Shown here: positions 63,440 through 64,000 of the stretch, one piece after another
Position numbering within the stretch: the first letter of the stretch is position 1
Layout: the number at the start of each line of letters is the position of its first letter
NCBI RefSeq assembly: GCF_006345805.1
Contig: NC_043017.1
Coordinates: 4,898,001 to 4,962,000, forward strand
From: Octopus sinensis
Lineage: Eukaryota
Reading direction: 5' to 3'
DNA length: 64,000 bases
Made by a program: the position numbers and the translations under genes
Notes under the pieces: model-generated
What the model saw: the letters and a program-made list of their open reading frames with translations, nothing else
Database searches by the model: none
What the model was told of the DNA's origin: nothing

Positions 63440-64000
63440 ATGATCACAACCACCACCACCACCACCACCACCACCACCACCACCACCACCACAGACCGCC
63501 ACTACCACCACCACCACCACCACCACCACCACCACCACCACGCAACCACCCACCACCGCCACTACCACCACCACCACCACCACACCACCACCACCACCAC
63601 ATGCGCCACCCCATCGCCACCCACCCCCACCCACGCCACCTACCACCACCACCAACCACCACCACCCTCACACCACAACCACCACCACCACCCACCACCA
63701 CCACCAACCACCACCACCGCCCTACCACTACCACCACCACCACTTCCACCACCATCGCCACCACCACCATCGCCACCACCACCATCGCCACCCACCACCA
63801 CCATCGCCACCACCACCATCGCCACCACCACCACCACCACCATCATCATTACTTTCACTGCCATCGCTACCAACACGACCATTGCTGCTACTGCCACCCT
63901 CATGAACATCAGCCACACCCCCATCATCATCATCATCATCATCATCAATCATCTTCATCATCACCACTACCATTGCCTGTTTCACTATCATTGCTTTCAC
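63440..64000. repeat. (CAC)n/(CAT)n trinucleotide tract
   Basis: Directly visible; source of the poly-V/G/W/M ORFs. Confidence 0.95.

Overview
This is AT-rich, repeat-dominated animal genomic DNA. It is most likely octopus, inferred from recalled repeat consensus sequences and not checked against a database. No complete protein-coding gene can be supported: nearly all supplied ORFs are translations of (TA)n/(TG)n/(AAT)n/(CAC)n microsatellites or SINEs. The main repeats are tRNA-headed SINE families, many 5'-truncated 3' ends of an RTE LINE (two still joined to ORF2 coding sequence), R4/Dong-like and CR1/L2-like LINE fragments, a maT/mariner-like transposase remnant, hAT-, piggyBac- and Helitron-like non-autonomous elements, several minisatellites and a 100-N scaffold gap. 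The most interesting signal is six minimal type-I hammerhead-ribozyme-like motifs in three short (~160-280 bp) repeat subfamilies. All share one skeleton: short stem I, 7-nt core plus 1 extra nt, 4-5 bp stem II, GAAA, and a palindromic 2-bp stem III. One subfamily has compensatory U3-A8 core and A-U stem-III changes and the inverted-plus-tail layout of Penelope-like elements. Other notable features are a 31-bp array of perfect 5' splice sites, a SINE-free, partly CpG-rich island at ~39.5-44 kb that may be a promoter or exon region, and a few weak candidate exons of an unidentified host gene.
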